This document shows, piece after piece, positions 11,136-20,945 of a DNA stretch of 64,000 nt. The stretch is taken from the sequence record PZ452584.1; one strand, given 5' to 3'. The position numbers were made by a program, and so were the translations under genes. The notes under the pieces were generated by a model. That model made no database searches, was not told where the DNA came from, and saw only the letters and a program-made list of their open reading frames with translations. This DNA comes from a phage. The first letter of the stretch is position 1. Each line of letters opens with the position of its first letter.

Positions 11136-11186
11136 AAATTTTCCGCTTAGTTAATAGTTAGTGACTCGTCCGTGAGTCAAATTATA

Positions 11187-13451
11187 TCATAATTTACAGG
11201 ATGAACAATCTTCAGCTTTTGGAGTTTCTATTTCATAATCATCAGTACCAGAACCATCACGGGTATTATGATAATAGAAATTTTTAATGCCATAATACCA
11301 TCCGTATAGCATATCATCAATCATTATTGACATTGGAACCTTTCCTTTTGGAAAAATCTGTGGGTCATAATATGTATTCGCCGAAGCTGATTGACATACC
11401 CATTTCAGCATAATAGCTACCTGCGTAAGATAAGGTTTATTACCTTTCTTAGCTAATTTCCATGTATAATCATATAGGTCTATGTTATGTTCAATATTGG
11501 GCACGACTTGATTAAAGGAACCCTCTTTTGATTCTTTAACAGAGACTGGTCCACGTGGAGGCTCGATACCGTTTGTACTGTTAGAAACTTGGGAAGATGA
11601 CTCACATGGCATAAGTGCTGATAGTGTGCTATTACGGATGCCAAAGAGCTTAAGGTCTTCCCGCAGCGACGACCAGTCACAAACGTATTTTGGAGCTGCG
11701 ATTTGGTCAATCTTTTTATTGTACCAGTCGATAGGTAATTCGCCTCGAGACCAACGAGTGTCTGAATAATATTCGCAAGGTCCTTTTTCTTTGGCGAGCT
11801 TAATGGATGCTTTAATGAGTCCATACTGTAATCTCTCAAATAGTTCATGTGTTAAATCGTTAGCATCTTCATAAGAAGCAAAGTTACTTGCCAGCCAAGC
11901 TGCATAGTTAGTAACACCTACACCAAGGTTACGACGCTTTTTAGCTTTTTCTGCTTCAGGAACTGGATATCCTTGGTAATCCAAAAGATTATCAAGAGCA
12001 CGAACTTGAACTTCTGCCAATTCATTAATTTTATCTTGGTCTTGCCAATCGAAGTTATCCAACACAAATGCAGATAACGTGCACAATCCAATTTCAGCAT
12101 CAGGGCTATTCACATCATTTGTTGGAATAGCAATTTCACAACACAAGTTACTCTGACGAATAGGTGCCTTTTCACGAATAAACGGAGTATAGTTATTCGT
12201 ATTATCAATGAACTGCACATAAATCCTTGCTGTTCCTGAGCGTTCAGTCATGAGCAATTCAAATAGTTCACGGGCTTTAATACGCTTTTTACGAATATTA
12301 GGGTCTTTTTCTGCTGCTTCGTATAATTCACGGAAACGGTCTTGGTCTTTAAAATAAGAATAATAAAGCTCACCACCCATTTCATGCGGACTGAACAAAG
12401 TAATGTAATCATTCTTTCCGAATCGTTCCATCATCAAATCATTCAGCTGAACACCATAATCCATATGACGAATGCGGTTTTCTTCTACGCCTTTGTTATT
12501 TTTCAAAACGAGAAGATTTTCAACTTCCAAATGCCAAATAGGATAATAAGCAGTAGCAGCGCCGCCACGAATTCCACCCTGTGAACATGATTTAACTGCG
12601 GTCTGAAAATGTTTCCAAAAAGGAATAACACCAGTATGGCGTACTTCACCCATGCCAATCTTAGAACCTTCGGCACGAATCATACCAACGTTAATACCAA
12701 TTCCAGCGCGTTTAGAGATATATTCAACAATTGAAGCGGAAGCCTTATTGATAGACTTTAATGAATCACCTGCCTCAATAACAACGCATGAACTAAACTG
12801 TCGAGTCGGAGTACGACAACCAGCCATAATAGGAGTTGGCAATGAAATCTGTCGAGTAGATACTGCTTCATAAAAACGGATAACATGTTTTAATCTATCA
12901 ACAGGTTCATCTTGATGCAGTGCCATTCCAATAGTCATAAATGCAAACTGTGGAGTTTCATAAATTTGACCAGTGGTTTTATCTTTGACTAGATATTTTT
13001 CTTTTAATTGCATCGCCCCGGAATAAGTAAATTCCATATCCCGCTCGTGCTTAATTTTTGATTCTAAAAATGTAATTTCTTCTGCTGAATATTTTGACAA
13101 TAATTCAGGGTCATATTTACCTTCATTTACACAGTAAGAAATATGGTCAATAAATGAACGTGGTTCATACTGCCCATAAACATGCTTACGAAGAGCAAAC
13201 ATTAAACAGCGTGCAGCTACATATTGATAATCAGGTTCTTCAACCGAAATAGAATTCGCAGCGGCCTTAATGACAATAGTCTGAATATCATCAGTTGTCA
13301 TTCCATCACGGAGATATGATTTAATATTTTCATATAATTCATAAGGATCTACTGATGTTCCCTCAGCTGCCCAAGATAAAACTTTAATAATTTTTTGTGG
13401 ATCAAAGCTCTGAGAAACACCACTACTTTTGATAACATTAATTAATTGCAT
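11187..13451 (-). CDS. nrdA: ribonucleotide reductase large subunit
   Basis: 754-aa ORF with ATP-cone N-terminus and active-site NxCxE region (SNLCCEIAIP); same length as T4 NrdA. Confidence 0.93.
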   Translation of the reverse strand: MQLINVIKSSGVSQSFDPQKIIKVLSWAAEGTSVDPYELYENIKSYLRDGMTTDDIQTIVIKAAANSISVEEPDYQYVAARCLMFALRKHVYGQYEPRSFIDHISYCVNEGKYDPELLSKYSAEEITFLESKIKHERDMEFTYSGAMQLKEKYLVKDKTTGQIYETPQFAFMTIGMALHQDEPVDRLKHVIRFYEAVSTRQISLPTPIMAGCRTPTRQFSSCVVIEAGDSLKSINKASASIVEYISKRAGIGINVGMIRAEGSKIGMGEVRHTGVIPFWKHFQTAVKSCSQGGIRGGAATAYYPIWHLEVENLLVLKNNKGVEENRIRHMDYGVQLNDLMMERFGKNDYITLFSPHEMGGELYYSYFKDQDRFRELYEAAEKDPNIRKKRIKARELFELLMTERSGTARIYVQFIDNTNNYTPFIREKAPIRQSNLCCEIAIPTNDVNSPDAEIGLCTLSAFVLDNFDWQDQDKINELAEVQVRALDNLLDYQGYPVPEAEKAKKRRNLGVGVTNYAAWLASNFASYEDANDLTHELFERLQYGLIKASIKLAKEKGPCEYYSDTRWSRGELPIDWYNKKIDQIAAPKYVCDWSSLREDLKLFGIRNSTLSALMPCESSSQVSNSTNGIEPPRGPVSVKESKEGSFNQVVPNIEHNIDLYDYTWKLAKKGNKPYLTQVAIMLKWVCQSASANTYYDPQIFPKGKVPMSIMIDDMLYGWYYGIKNFYYHNTRDGSGTDDYEIETPKAEDCSSCKL

Positions 13452-13768
13452 AAGTCCTCAACTTGAAAATCGTCTTTAAACAATCGGTTAACTATATGAG
13501 CTATTATATCACCATGACACGGCTTTGGTTTACATGTGCATCCTAGCCTCATTCCACGTAAAGGCTCTAAATGTGCTTTAGTTATTTCTCCGGATTTAAT
13601 TCGACGTATAAAATCTTTTTTGAATAATTCAATGGCAGCCTCCCGGCTGCCAGCATCTTTACCGACGTAATTTCCCCAAAATGTACCACGGTGAATATTA
13701 ACATCAAAGTCGGATTTATATTTATTCACTACCTGGCATAGACGGCCCGCGCGGCGATAATTCGTCAT
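13442..13768 (-). CDS. hypothetical protein with CxC..PxPCHGD motif (108 aa)
   Basis: Track ORF; motif [15 protein letters not shown] suggests a small metal-binding domain (DUF4326-like is a guess). Confidence 0.5.
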   Translation of the reverse strand: MTNYRRAGRLCQVVNKYKSDFDVNIHRGTFWGNYVGKDAGSREAAIELFKKDFIRRIKSGEITKAHLEPLRGMRLGCTCKPKPCHGDIIAHIVNRLFKDDFQVEDLCN

Positions 13769-13985
13769 ATTGTTTTTCCGTTAAAACAGTAATATCATAG
13801 TAACAATCTGAAGAAGTTTTAACTGTAGAAATTTTATTATCAAAATACTCACGAGTCATTTTATGAGTATAATATTTTTTGCCATAAATGATAATAGGCT
13901 GATTTGGTCCTGGAACTTCTAACTCGCTTGGATTAGGAAGTGTAAAAAGAACTACACCAGAAGTATCTTTAAATCGTAAAATCAT
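13722..13985 (-). CDS. hypothetical protein (87 aa)
   Basis: Track ORF trimmed to ATG at 13985 with GAGGAT RBS; 3' end overlaps next ORF by 47 nt in a different frame. Confidence 0.4.
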   Translation of the reverse strand: MILRFKDTSGVVLFTLPNPSELEVPGPNQPIIIYGKKYYTHKMTREYFDNKISTVKTSSDCYYDITVLTEKQYDELSPRGPSMPGSE

Positions 13986-14008
13986 ATATCCTCGCAATTA
14001 AATTAAAA

Positions 14009-14869
14009 TTATACCGCCATTTTTCCTTTCAAGACACCGTAGGACTGATAATCTTTGAGAACGAAATCTTTAGGCCTGAGTTTAAGAACATATTCCAATT
14101 GTTCTTTAGTAGAAAGATAACGGAATTTATAAGGCAATCCGCCTATTACCAGTTCACAAAGCTCTTTAGGTTCACGACGCAAAATTTCTTTGCATTGTTC
14201 TACATGATTCATATAGATATGAGTATTACCACCAGAAAATATCAAATCTCCTGGAGTAAGATTACACATCTTAGCTATAATATGAACTAACGCAGCATAT
14301 GATGCAATATTAAATGGAAGGCCGAGAAAAACATCTACTGATCGTTGATACCACTGCAAATCCAAATAGCCATTACGCACATTAAACTGATAGAACATAT
14401 GACAAGGCGGTAATGCCATCTGCTTGATTTCAGCTGGATTCCATGCTGAAACGATTTGACGTCGATCAGTTGGTAATTTTTTAATACGATCAATAACTTC
14501 TACAATTTGGTCTACACCGCCAAAATCACGCCACTGTTTTCCATAAATTGGACCAAGTTCACCGCTATGGTATCCTAAATCTTTTGCTTGATTTTCGTAA
14601 TTTTCATCCCAGACTGTTTTGCCTTGGATTAACGAATCATGCTGAATTAATCGTAAATCATTGACATTTGTGCTTCCTGATAAAAACCATATTAACTCAG
14701 CAATGCAAGCTTTCCAAGCGAGCTTTTTAGTTGTTACCGCAGGAAAACCTTTAGTTAAATCCCAACGCAATTTAGTACCGAACAAAGCAATTGTTCCTGT
14801 GCCTGTTCGGTCATCGGTTTCATAACCATTTTCAAAAATGTCTTTAATTAAATCTTGGTATTGTTTCAT
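14009..14869 (-). CDS. td: thymidylate synthase (intron-less)
   Basis: 286-aa uninterrupted ORF with TS active-site region (LPPCHMFYQF); same length as spliced T4 Td. Confidence 0.93.
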   Translation of the reverse strand: MKQYQDLIKDIFENGYETDDRTGTGTIALFGTKLRWDLTKGFPAVTTKKLAWKACIAELIWFLSGSTNVNDLRLIQHDSLIQGKTVWDENYENQAKDLGYHSGELGPIYGKQWRDFGGVDQIVEVIDRIKKLPTDRRQIVSAWNPAEIKQMALPPCHMFYQFNVRNGYLDLQWYQRSVDVFLGLPFNIASYAALVHIIAKMCNLTPGDLIFSGGNTHIYMNHVEQCKEILRREPKELCELVIGGLPYKFRYLSTKEQLEYVLKLRPKDFVLKDYQSYGVLKGKMAV

Positions 14870-14914
14870 TTAGTACCTTATATAAATTATAATACATTTT
14901 ATGAAGCTAAATAA

Positions 14915-15274
14915 TCAATACGGTTTAGCATCAAATTTTCTCTCAATTTCAGGTGTGAAATATAATTCTTTACCGCGTTTGGAAAAGCGACCAATAATAT
15001 GATAATTATTCTCATCAAACGTAATATTACCAATATCCATAGCTTTCAACCAAATATCGATATTTCTATCCAGCTTTATGTCAAAATTCCAATACGGAGA
15101 ACTATTACCAAAAATACTACAAGCGGATTCAGTGAAACAGCTACTATAAATCTTGTCTTTAGGAACTACTAATTGATAGACACCTTTAATAAACTGAGGA
15201 CCTTGCCATTTTGGCTGTTTCGCGTCTTTTTCTAATAGAATAGGATAATAATTAAAATTCATATTTTCCGCCAC
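14915..15274 (-). CDS. hypothetical protein (115-119 aa) inserted between frd and td
   Basis: Long ORF in AT-rich DNA; first ATG at 15262 with weak SD, track start is GTG. Confidence 0.45.
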   Translation of the reverse strand: MAENMNFNYYPILLEKDAKQPKWQGPQFIKGVYQLVVPKDKIYSSCFTESACSIFGNSSPYWNFDIKLDRNIDIWLKAMDIGNITFDENNYHIIGRFSKRGKELYFTPEIERKFDAKPY

Positions 15275-15282
15275 GCGTTATT

Positions 15283-15867
<585 letters not shown>

Positions 15868-16110
15868 TCAAAACCCCCTTTCAATAAACCATTCAGTGGC
15901 TTTATTAGCATCAAAGAATAATTCTTCATATGTCTTTTCTTTGTTTTCAAAAACTGTCACACAAACACGTTGACATTCTCCACAGTATTCTTCTGACATA
16001 CTTAAAGCGTCAGAAAACATTTCTTTAAATTCATTTAAATCAGGATTATGCAATGCGTTAAAAATTGCATAATCAAATTCATCATTCATAAATTCAAATA
16101 CAAAAATCAT
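15868..16110 (-). CDS. hypothetical protein (80 aa)
   Basis: Track ORF; Cys-rich (CGECQRVC). Confidence 0.45.
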   Translation of the reverse strand: MIFVFEFMNDEFDYAIFNALHNPDLNEFKEMFSDALSMSEEYCGECQRVCVTVFENKEKTYEELFFDANKATEWFIERGF

Positions 16111-16120
16111 ATTGTTTTCC

Positions 16121-16363
16121 TTAAACAGACTTTTTCACAATTTTCCAATCAGCTTTAAACTGCTCGACGTCAGAGTGATGAATCCAGAAACCAGATGAGC
16201 TACCATCTTCATAAAGAGGACAACCATCGCACTCATCTTTCCAACCCATCGCGCATAAAGTTTCTTCAGCTTTTTCCAGAGCTTCTGGATTGTTACCCTG
16301 GATTGTAAAGTACCATTTGCCTTTAACTTCTGAATCTTTGATGCTCTCACGTTGTAATTTCAT
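16121..16363 (-). CDS. hypothetical protein (80 aa)
   Basis: Track ORF; CDGC motif. Confidence 0.45.
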   Translation of the reverse strand: MKLQRESIKDSEVKGKWYFTIQGNNPEALEKAEETLCAMGWKDECDGCPLYEDGSSSGFWIHHSDVEQFKADWKIVKKSV

Positions 16364-16440
16364 TTTATTCTCCAGTGTTTTAGTTGTTAACTCAGTATGG
16401 GACCATTATGTCATAGCCCCATTTGGTTGTACACTACTTT

Positions 16441-16812
16441 TTACTGAATATTAAAAGTTGCTTTAATCAGTGCAATGACTTCTGCCGCATTTTTATGATT
16501 TACCTGCACATGAATGGTTTGGGTATCAATATCAGGAGCATCGCCATCAACTTCCAGGAAGTGACAGAATTCCCATTCAGCGAGTTCAAAGTACTCGTCA
16601 GCATTATCATAAACAGACTTCAGGATGGTGCCATCTTTCATTTCAACTTTTTCGACAAAATAATCACCGTCGATATAACACATGTCCAGGACTTTAAAGG
16701 AACTGCCATGTTGTTCCATAATCTTAATCATGCGCGAATTGTTATCAGGACTACCAGCGATGAATTGTTTTTTGGCAGCAGGGTCTAATACGTAAAATTT
16801 ACCAATTTCCAT
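16441..16812 (-). CDS. hypothetical protein (123 aa), paralog of 16871-17251
   Basis: Track ORF trimmed to ATG 16812 with GAGGAAAA RBS; early promoter 16842-16871 upstream. Confidence 0.5.
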   Translation of the reverse strand: MEIGKFYVLDPAAKKQFIAGSPDNNSRMIKIMEQHGSSFKVLDMCYIDGDYFVEKVEMKDGTILKSVYDNADEYFELAEWEFCHFLEVDGDAPDIDTQTIHVQVNHKNAAEVIALIKATFNIQ

Positions 16813-16841
16813 TTTATTTTCCTCATGTAGTTGATAGGGTA

Positions 16842-16871
16842 ATAGTATCACACTACTACCCTACTGTAAAC
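16842..16871 (-). promoter_or_regulatory. T4-type early promoter (GTTTAC / TACTAT)
   Basis: gtaaac 16866-16871, atagta 16842-16847; flanked by TAGGGTA/TACCCTA inverted repeat. Confidence 0.55.
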
Positions 16872-17251
16872 TACTTTTTGAAAGTTTTTCGCAAAAGTTC
16901 AATGATTTCATCTACATTGTTTTCATCTACAATGCAGTGAATTTTTGTTACGCCAGAAACCTTGTCTTTGACTTCAACTTCTTCAGAAGTCGGTTCTTTA
17001 TACTCACGAAAACAATGAAATTCGTCTTCGCAAATTTCTAAAAGTCTATCTTTGAGGTAAAAATGCTTTCCATTTGCGCATTCAATGTGTTTTACTGCTT
17101 TATATCCATTAGCGACGGAAACTTCTTTAACTTCAAACCATCCGCCATTATCTCGAATCGCTTTAACTATTGATGAATTAGAACGTGGGCTATAATTAAT
17201 AAATGTATCAATAAGTCTTGGAACAAGCTCATACTTTTTACCGGTATACAT
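16871..17251 (-). CDS. hypothetical protein (126 aa), paralog of 16441-16812
   Basis: Shared architecture with neighbour (G-K-x-Y-x-L N-terminus; C-terminal IH..V...N..E.I.L...TF). Confidence 0.5.
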   Translation of the reverse strand: MYTGKKYELVPRLIDTFINYSPRSNSSIVKAIRDNGGWFEVKEVSVANGYKAVKHIECANGKHFYLKDRLLEICEDEFHCFREYKEPTSEEVEVKDKVSGVTKIHCIVDENNVDEIIELLRKTFKK

Positions 17252-17296
17252 TACGTTTTCCTCATTTTAATAGGGGCTGTAATAGCCCCTCGATAA

Positions 17297-17527
17297 TTAT
17301 TGTTCAATCAGTCCCATGTAAAATTCTGCGTCTTCAGAATCCATGCCATCACAATATTCATTAGCCATAAAGCGGGTAAGGTCTTCAAGAGGACCTTCAA
17401 TGACAATAGAAAAATTGCAATAATTGGGATCATCATGAATACTTGTGATACTAAGTTCAGGATAACGATTACGAATAATTTCTTCGATATATTCAAAATC
17501 AACGATGTCAATATCAACTTTAGCCAT
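17297..17527 (-). CDS. hypothetical acidic protein (76 aa)
   Basis: Trimmed to ATG 17527 with AAAGAGGAAAA RBS; promoter cassette 17571-17600 upstream. Confidence 0.5.
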   Translation of the reverse strand: MAKVDIDIVDFEYIEEIIRNRYPELSITSIHDDPNYCNFSIVIEGPLEDLTRFMANEYCDGMDSEDAEFYMGLIEQ

Positions 17528-17570
17528 ATTATTTTCCTCTTTAATCATCAGCAGTATTGCCGATAGTTGT

Positions 17571-17600
17571 ATAGTACCATGGAAGAACAGGGATGTAAAC
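17571..17600 (-). promoter_or_regulatory. T4-type early promoter, member of repeated promoter-leader cassette
   Basis: gtaaac 17595-17600, atagta 17571-17576; upstream A/T tract. Confidence 0.6.
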
Positions 17601-17620
17601 CGTTTTGTGAAAAAATTTTA

Positions 17621-17648
17621 AAATAAAAAAAGGGACCTCTAGGGTCCC
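17621..17648 (-). terminator. intrinsic terminator downstream of gene 32
   Basis: gggacc..ggtccc hairpin 17632-17648 with A-run 17621-17631 on plus strand. Confidence 0.6.
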
Positions 17649-17671
17649 CGATTAATTAGTAATATAATCTA

Positions 17672-18580
17672 TTAAAGGTCATTCAAAAGGTCATCCAGGT
17701 CCGTGTCATCAGCACTAGATGAACTGCCAGAGCTTGAGCTCATAAAATCATCTTCAGTTTTTGTATTGAAGTCATCAACATTGAATGCATCCAAATCATC
17801 AGCAACTTTATCAGCTTTCTTAGCAGCAGTTGCAGCGGCACCGCCCATCACAGCAGTTCCCATAACTTGACCGAATTTAGTATTCAGTTCTTCAAACGAT
17901 TTGAATTTATCTTTAGAAGTCATTTCAGAAAGGTCAACCATTTGTTCGAACAGTTCTTTCTGGAAAGATTCATCGTCAATGTTTGGAATCGCAGATTGAT
18001 TCAGGAATTTAGATTCGTCGTAGTTACTAAATCCGGAAACTTGTTTAACTTTCAGTACAAAGTTAGCACCTTCCCACGGACAAGTTACATCAACCGGAGT
18101 TTCACCCATTTCAACATCAACTGCAATCATTGCGTTGATTTTATCCCAGATTTTCTTACCGAAACGGTATTTAAATACTTTACCTTCATTTTCTGGAGCA
18201 GCTGGGTCTTTTACTACAAGAATGTTAGCCCAGTAAGAAGTTTTACGTTTAACAAGACCGTACTCTTTATTGTCAGTGTTGTACAAATCATTTTTACTGA
18301 TGTACTGACATACTGGGCAAGAATCGTAATCACCATGGGTAGATGAACATGTTTCAATATACCATTTACCATTTTTCTTGAAACCGTGATTTACAAGAAT
18401 TGCGAATGGTGCTTGTTCATCATTTTTAGACGGAAGAAAACGAATTACTGCTTGACCGTTACCCGCATTATCGAGTTTCAGTTTCCACTCGCCTTTATCT
18501 TCAGAAGAAAAACCACCTTTATTTCCAGCCAGTTTAGCCATTTGTGCAGCGAGTTCAGCAGTAGATTTACGTTTAAACAT
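17672..18580 (-). CDS. 32: gp32 single-stranded DNA-binding protein
   Basis: 302-aa [20 protein letters not shown]... with acidic C-terminal tail; matches T4 gp32. Confidence 0.95.
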   Translation of the reverse strand: MFKRKSTAELAAQMAKLAGNKGGFSSEDKGEWKLKLDNAGNGQAVIRFLPSKNDEQAPFAILVNHGFKKNGKWYIETCSSTHGDYDSCPVCQYISKNDLYNTDNKEYGLVKRKTSYWANILVVKDPAAPENEGKVFKYRFGKKIWDKINAMIAVDVEMGETPVDVTCPWEGANFVLKVKQVSGFSNYDESKFLNQSAIPNIDDESFQKELFEQMVDLSEMTSKDKFKSFEELNTKFGQVMGTAVMGGAAATAAKKADKVADDLDAFNVDDFNTKTEDDFMSSSSGSSSSADDTDLDDLLNDL

Positions 18581-18663
18581 TTTTATTTCCTTTTTAATTT
18601 AATTAACAGTTGGTGCTATGACGATGTATGACCTCATAGCTGGTCAGTGAGATAATTATAATC
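18581..18663 (-). promoter_or_regulatory. gene 32 5' leader (candidate autoregulatory translational operator)
   Basis: Unusually long A/U-rich leader ...uuaauuaaauuaaaaaggaaauaaaaAUG preceding gene 32. Confidence 0.45.
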
Positions 18664-18671
18664 TATTTATA
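18664..18671 (-). promoter_or_regulatory. late promoter TATAAATA upstream of gene 32
   Basis: tatttata on plus strand about 85 nt upstream of gene 32 start, inside gene 59 3' end. Confidence 0.5.
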
Positions 18672-18679
18672 ATAAGCAA

Positions 18680-19333
18680 TTAATACTTGCAAGATTTCAC
18701 AGTTTCAATGAAAACACTTTTAGCTTTCTGTGAATCAATATTTAAAATTTTTCTATAAGCTTTTAACTTTATAGAATAATTATTCCAAACTAAATTATCA
18801 GTCTGTTCATCATGTTTATCAATTATATTTAAAAACGAATCAAGTAAGATAAACGTCTCAAACGAAATTATATTCGATTGAAGCAGTTTAAAAATATAAC
18901 TTGACTGAACTTTTGGATTATATTCAAAGATTTCTTTAAAAGCAGAAACTTCAACTTTCTTACTAAAATAATAAATGTTGCGAATATCTTCTTCAAACTT
19001 AAATTTAATTTGCTTTAAGCGTCCGATATATTCACGATAAAACACAAGTGCATCAGCGTCAGAGATGTCACCAATCCAAGCATCTTGGTTAGCAACAAGA
19101 TTGCTTATAAAGATTAAAGCAAGTTCCTTTAATTTATATTTTTCTGATAACTTCTGGAAAAAATACTTATCCCTTCGCTTTTGATAAGCGGCATCAGACA
19201 CCCGCATGCACCAATTATACTTAATTACATCATACTTTCCATTCATATGCTGTTTTATCATTAAGTATAATTTATAAACTGATTTACCATCAATGTATCT
19301 TTCACCACCAGCAGGCATGCGGAGTTTAATCAT
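18680..19333 (-). CDS. 59: gp59 helicase-loading protein
   Basis: 217-aa ORF MIKLRMPAGGERYIDGKSVYKLYLMIKQ...; same length as T4 gp59. Confidence 0.9.
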   Translation of the reverse strand: MIKLRMPAGGERYIDGKSVYKLYLMIKQHMNGKYDVIKYNWCMRVSDAAYQKRRDKYFFQKLSEKYKLKELALIFISNLVANQDAWIGDISDADALVFYREYIGRLKQIKFKFEEDIRNIYYFSKKVEVSAFKEIFEYNPKVQSSYIFKLLQSNIISFETFILLDSFLNIIDKHDEQTDNLVWNNYSIKLKAYRKILNIDSQKAKSVFIETVKSCKY

Positions 19334-19668
19334 AGCAGAAAATCTAATGTATTAGTTTTTTCACAACGAACAACAGAAGGACGTAAAAGATTTTCGTCAA
19401 TAGCTTCTGACTGAATTTTTTCAATTATACCCGAAGGAATAAATTTAGCAAATTGAGTTTCAGGAATAGAGTTTTCTTCCAAGAATGCTGTTGTAGCTTC
19501 AAGATAACTCATTCCAAACTCTTCTACCATTTTTTCAATAATAAATCCATTTTCTTGACGATCAAGAAGCTTTGCTATTTCATCCTTTTCTTTCTTAATT
19601 GAAAGTTCTTTTTCTGAAAGACCGGTCTCATCGACCGGACGAATATCATTTAGAGAAAACTGTGTCAT
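19330..19668 (-). CDS. 33: gp33 late-transcription co-activator
   Basis: 112 aa from ATG at 19668 (MTQFSLNDIRPVDETGLSEKELSIKK...); matches T4 gp33. Confidence 0.9.
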   Translation of the reverse strand: MTQFSLNDIRPVDETGLSEKELSIKKEKDEIAKLLDRQENGFIIEKMVEEFGMSYLEATTAFLEENSIPETQFAKFIPSGIIEKIQSEAIDENLLRPSVVRCEKTNTLDFLL

Positions 19669-19915
19669 AAAGTTCAACTACCTCTTCAGTTTCAGCTTCA
19701 AACACATCACGATTATCTTTATGATACAAAGCTAATAGACGATTAAACATCTTACCATCAACGCCAAGTTCATCTTTAGCACGAATTCGAATATCTTTAA
19801 TCAGTTCATTATAACCGGAAATTTTCAGTTTATGATCAGATGCTTCTTTAATAAATTTAGCCAAGTCTTCGCCATGGATAGCTTCATCAAATTCAACCAT
19901 TTCTTTTTTAGCCAT
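19646..19915 (-). CDS. dsbA: DsbA double-stranded DNA-binding protein
   Basis: 89-aa ORF MAKKEMVEFDEAIHGEDLAKFIKEASDHKLK...; overlaps gene 33 start by 23 nt. Confidence 0.85.
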   Translation of the reverse strand: MAKKEMVEFDEAIHGEDLAKFIKEASDHKLKISGYNELIKDIRIRAKDELGVDGKMFNRLLALYHKDNRDVFEAETEEVVELYDTVFSK

Positions 19916-19923
19916 TATTCACC

Positions 19924-20841
19924 TCAAAATTCATTAATGCTATTAGTTAATTTAGAAAGACCCGCTTTTACAAAATATGAATAAATTTTGCCACGCGGTG
20001 GTAATTTATATGAATTATAGTAATTCACAATGTTTGAAGCAATATTATCAGGAATATAATCAAAATCAATTAGAACTAAATTTTCTTTATAACGATTATA
20101 TTCAGATTCTGTGAGAAGCACCTTAGCTTGCTCACGGTCATTAGCAATAGCTTCAACGATTGAAGTTTTCATTGAAGGAGTTCGTTCACCTTCAACTCTG
20201 GTAAACCAAAAGTCAGATCGTACTTTAACTGAAGCAACGTTATCCTTTTTGTCGCCTTTAAGGATTTTAGTCATACAGTCAATTTCAGCAGAACCGCTTT
20301 TAATTTTAACCCATTTCTTGTGCATCGGTGACCATTGCTTAACATTTGGGTATTTGTGAAGCTGTGTAAAGTCACCATCCGATGAAATGATTAAAATCTT
20401 ATGTCCTTCTAAAGAGAACTTTTTAACAAGAACAGCAATGTGGTCATCTGCTTCATACTTATCAATATCCATAACAATGTATGGCATATAAGCTTTCAAT
20501 TCATCTATAACTTTATGACTGGATTCAAAATAACCTTCCCAGTCCCAAGTAGATTCTTCTCGTGCTTTTCCACGGTTTTTCTTATAATAATACGCGAAAT
20601 CACGACGCCAGTATCCAGATTTCGCATTATCAATACACAGTACAATTTTAGTGTATCCAAGCGTTTTTGCTTTTTTGACATTAAACTTAATTGAGTTCAA
20701 TATCAAATGACGAACCATTGATAAATTAATTTTTTCTTTATCTGGGAAGTTTACTAAAGCAGTTGAAAGCGCAATTTGACTAAAGTCAATAAAGCAAATT
20801 CCTTCTTTGTAATCTTCATCCAGCATCATTTCTAAATCCAT
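19924..20841 (-). CDS. rnh: RNase H (5'-3' exonuclease / flap endonuclease)
   Basis: 305 aa from ATG at 20841 (MDLEMMLDEDYKEG...); matches T4 RNase H. Confidence 0.9.
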   Translation of the reverse strand: MDLEMMLDEDYKEGICFIDFSQIALSTALVNFPDKEKINLSMVRHLILNSIKFNVKKAKTLGYTKIVLCIDNAKSGYWRRDFAYYYKKNRGKAREESTWDWEGYFESSHKVIDELKAYMPYIVMDIDKYEADDHIAVLVKKFSLEGHKILIISSDGDFTQLHKYPNVKQWSPMHKKWVKIKSGSAEIDCMTKILKGDKKDNVASVKVRSDFWFTRVEGERTPSMKTSIVEAIANDREQAKVLLTESEYNRYKENLVLIDFDYIPDNIASNIVNYYNSYKLPPRGKIYSYFVKAGLSKLTNSINEF

Positions 20842-20903
20842 ATGAACCTCGTTCAATTAGTGAGATTTCTATTATATACCATCCAAATCTTAAAGTAAAC
20901 AAG

Positions 20904-20911
20904 TATAAATA
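20904..20911 (+). promoter_or_regulatory. late promoter TATAAATA for gene 34
   Basis: Exact TATAAATA 35 nt upstream of gene 34 ATG. Confidence 0.7.
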
Positions 20912-20945
20912 CTTATTATTGAAAACACAATAGGAGCCCGGGAGA

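Noticed and set aside
11480-12873. Several 60-122-aa ORFs in both orientations inside nrdA
   Set aside because: Alternate frames of a conserved 754-aa gene
17867-18346. Plus-strand 159-aa ORF
   Set aside because: Antisense to gene 32, Phe/Asn-rich product typical of AT-rich antisense frames
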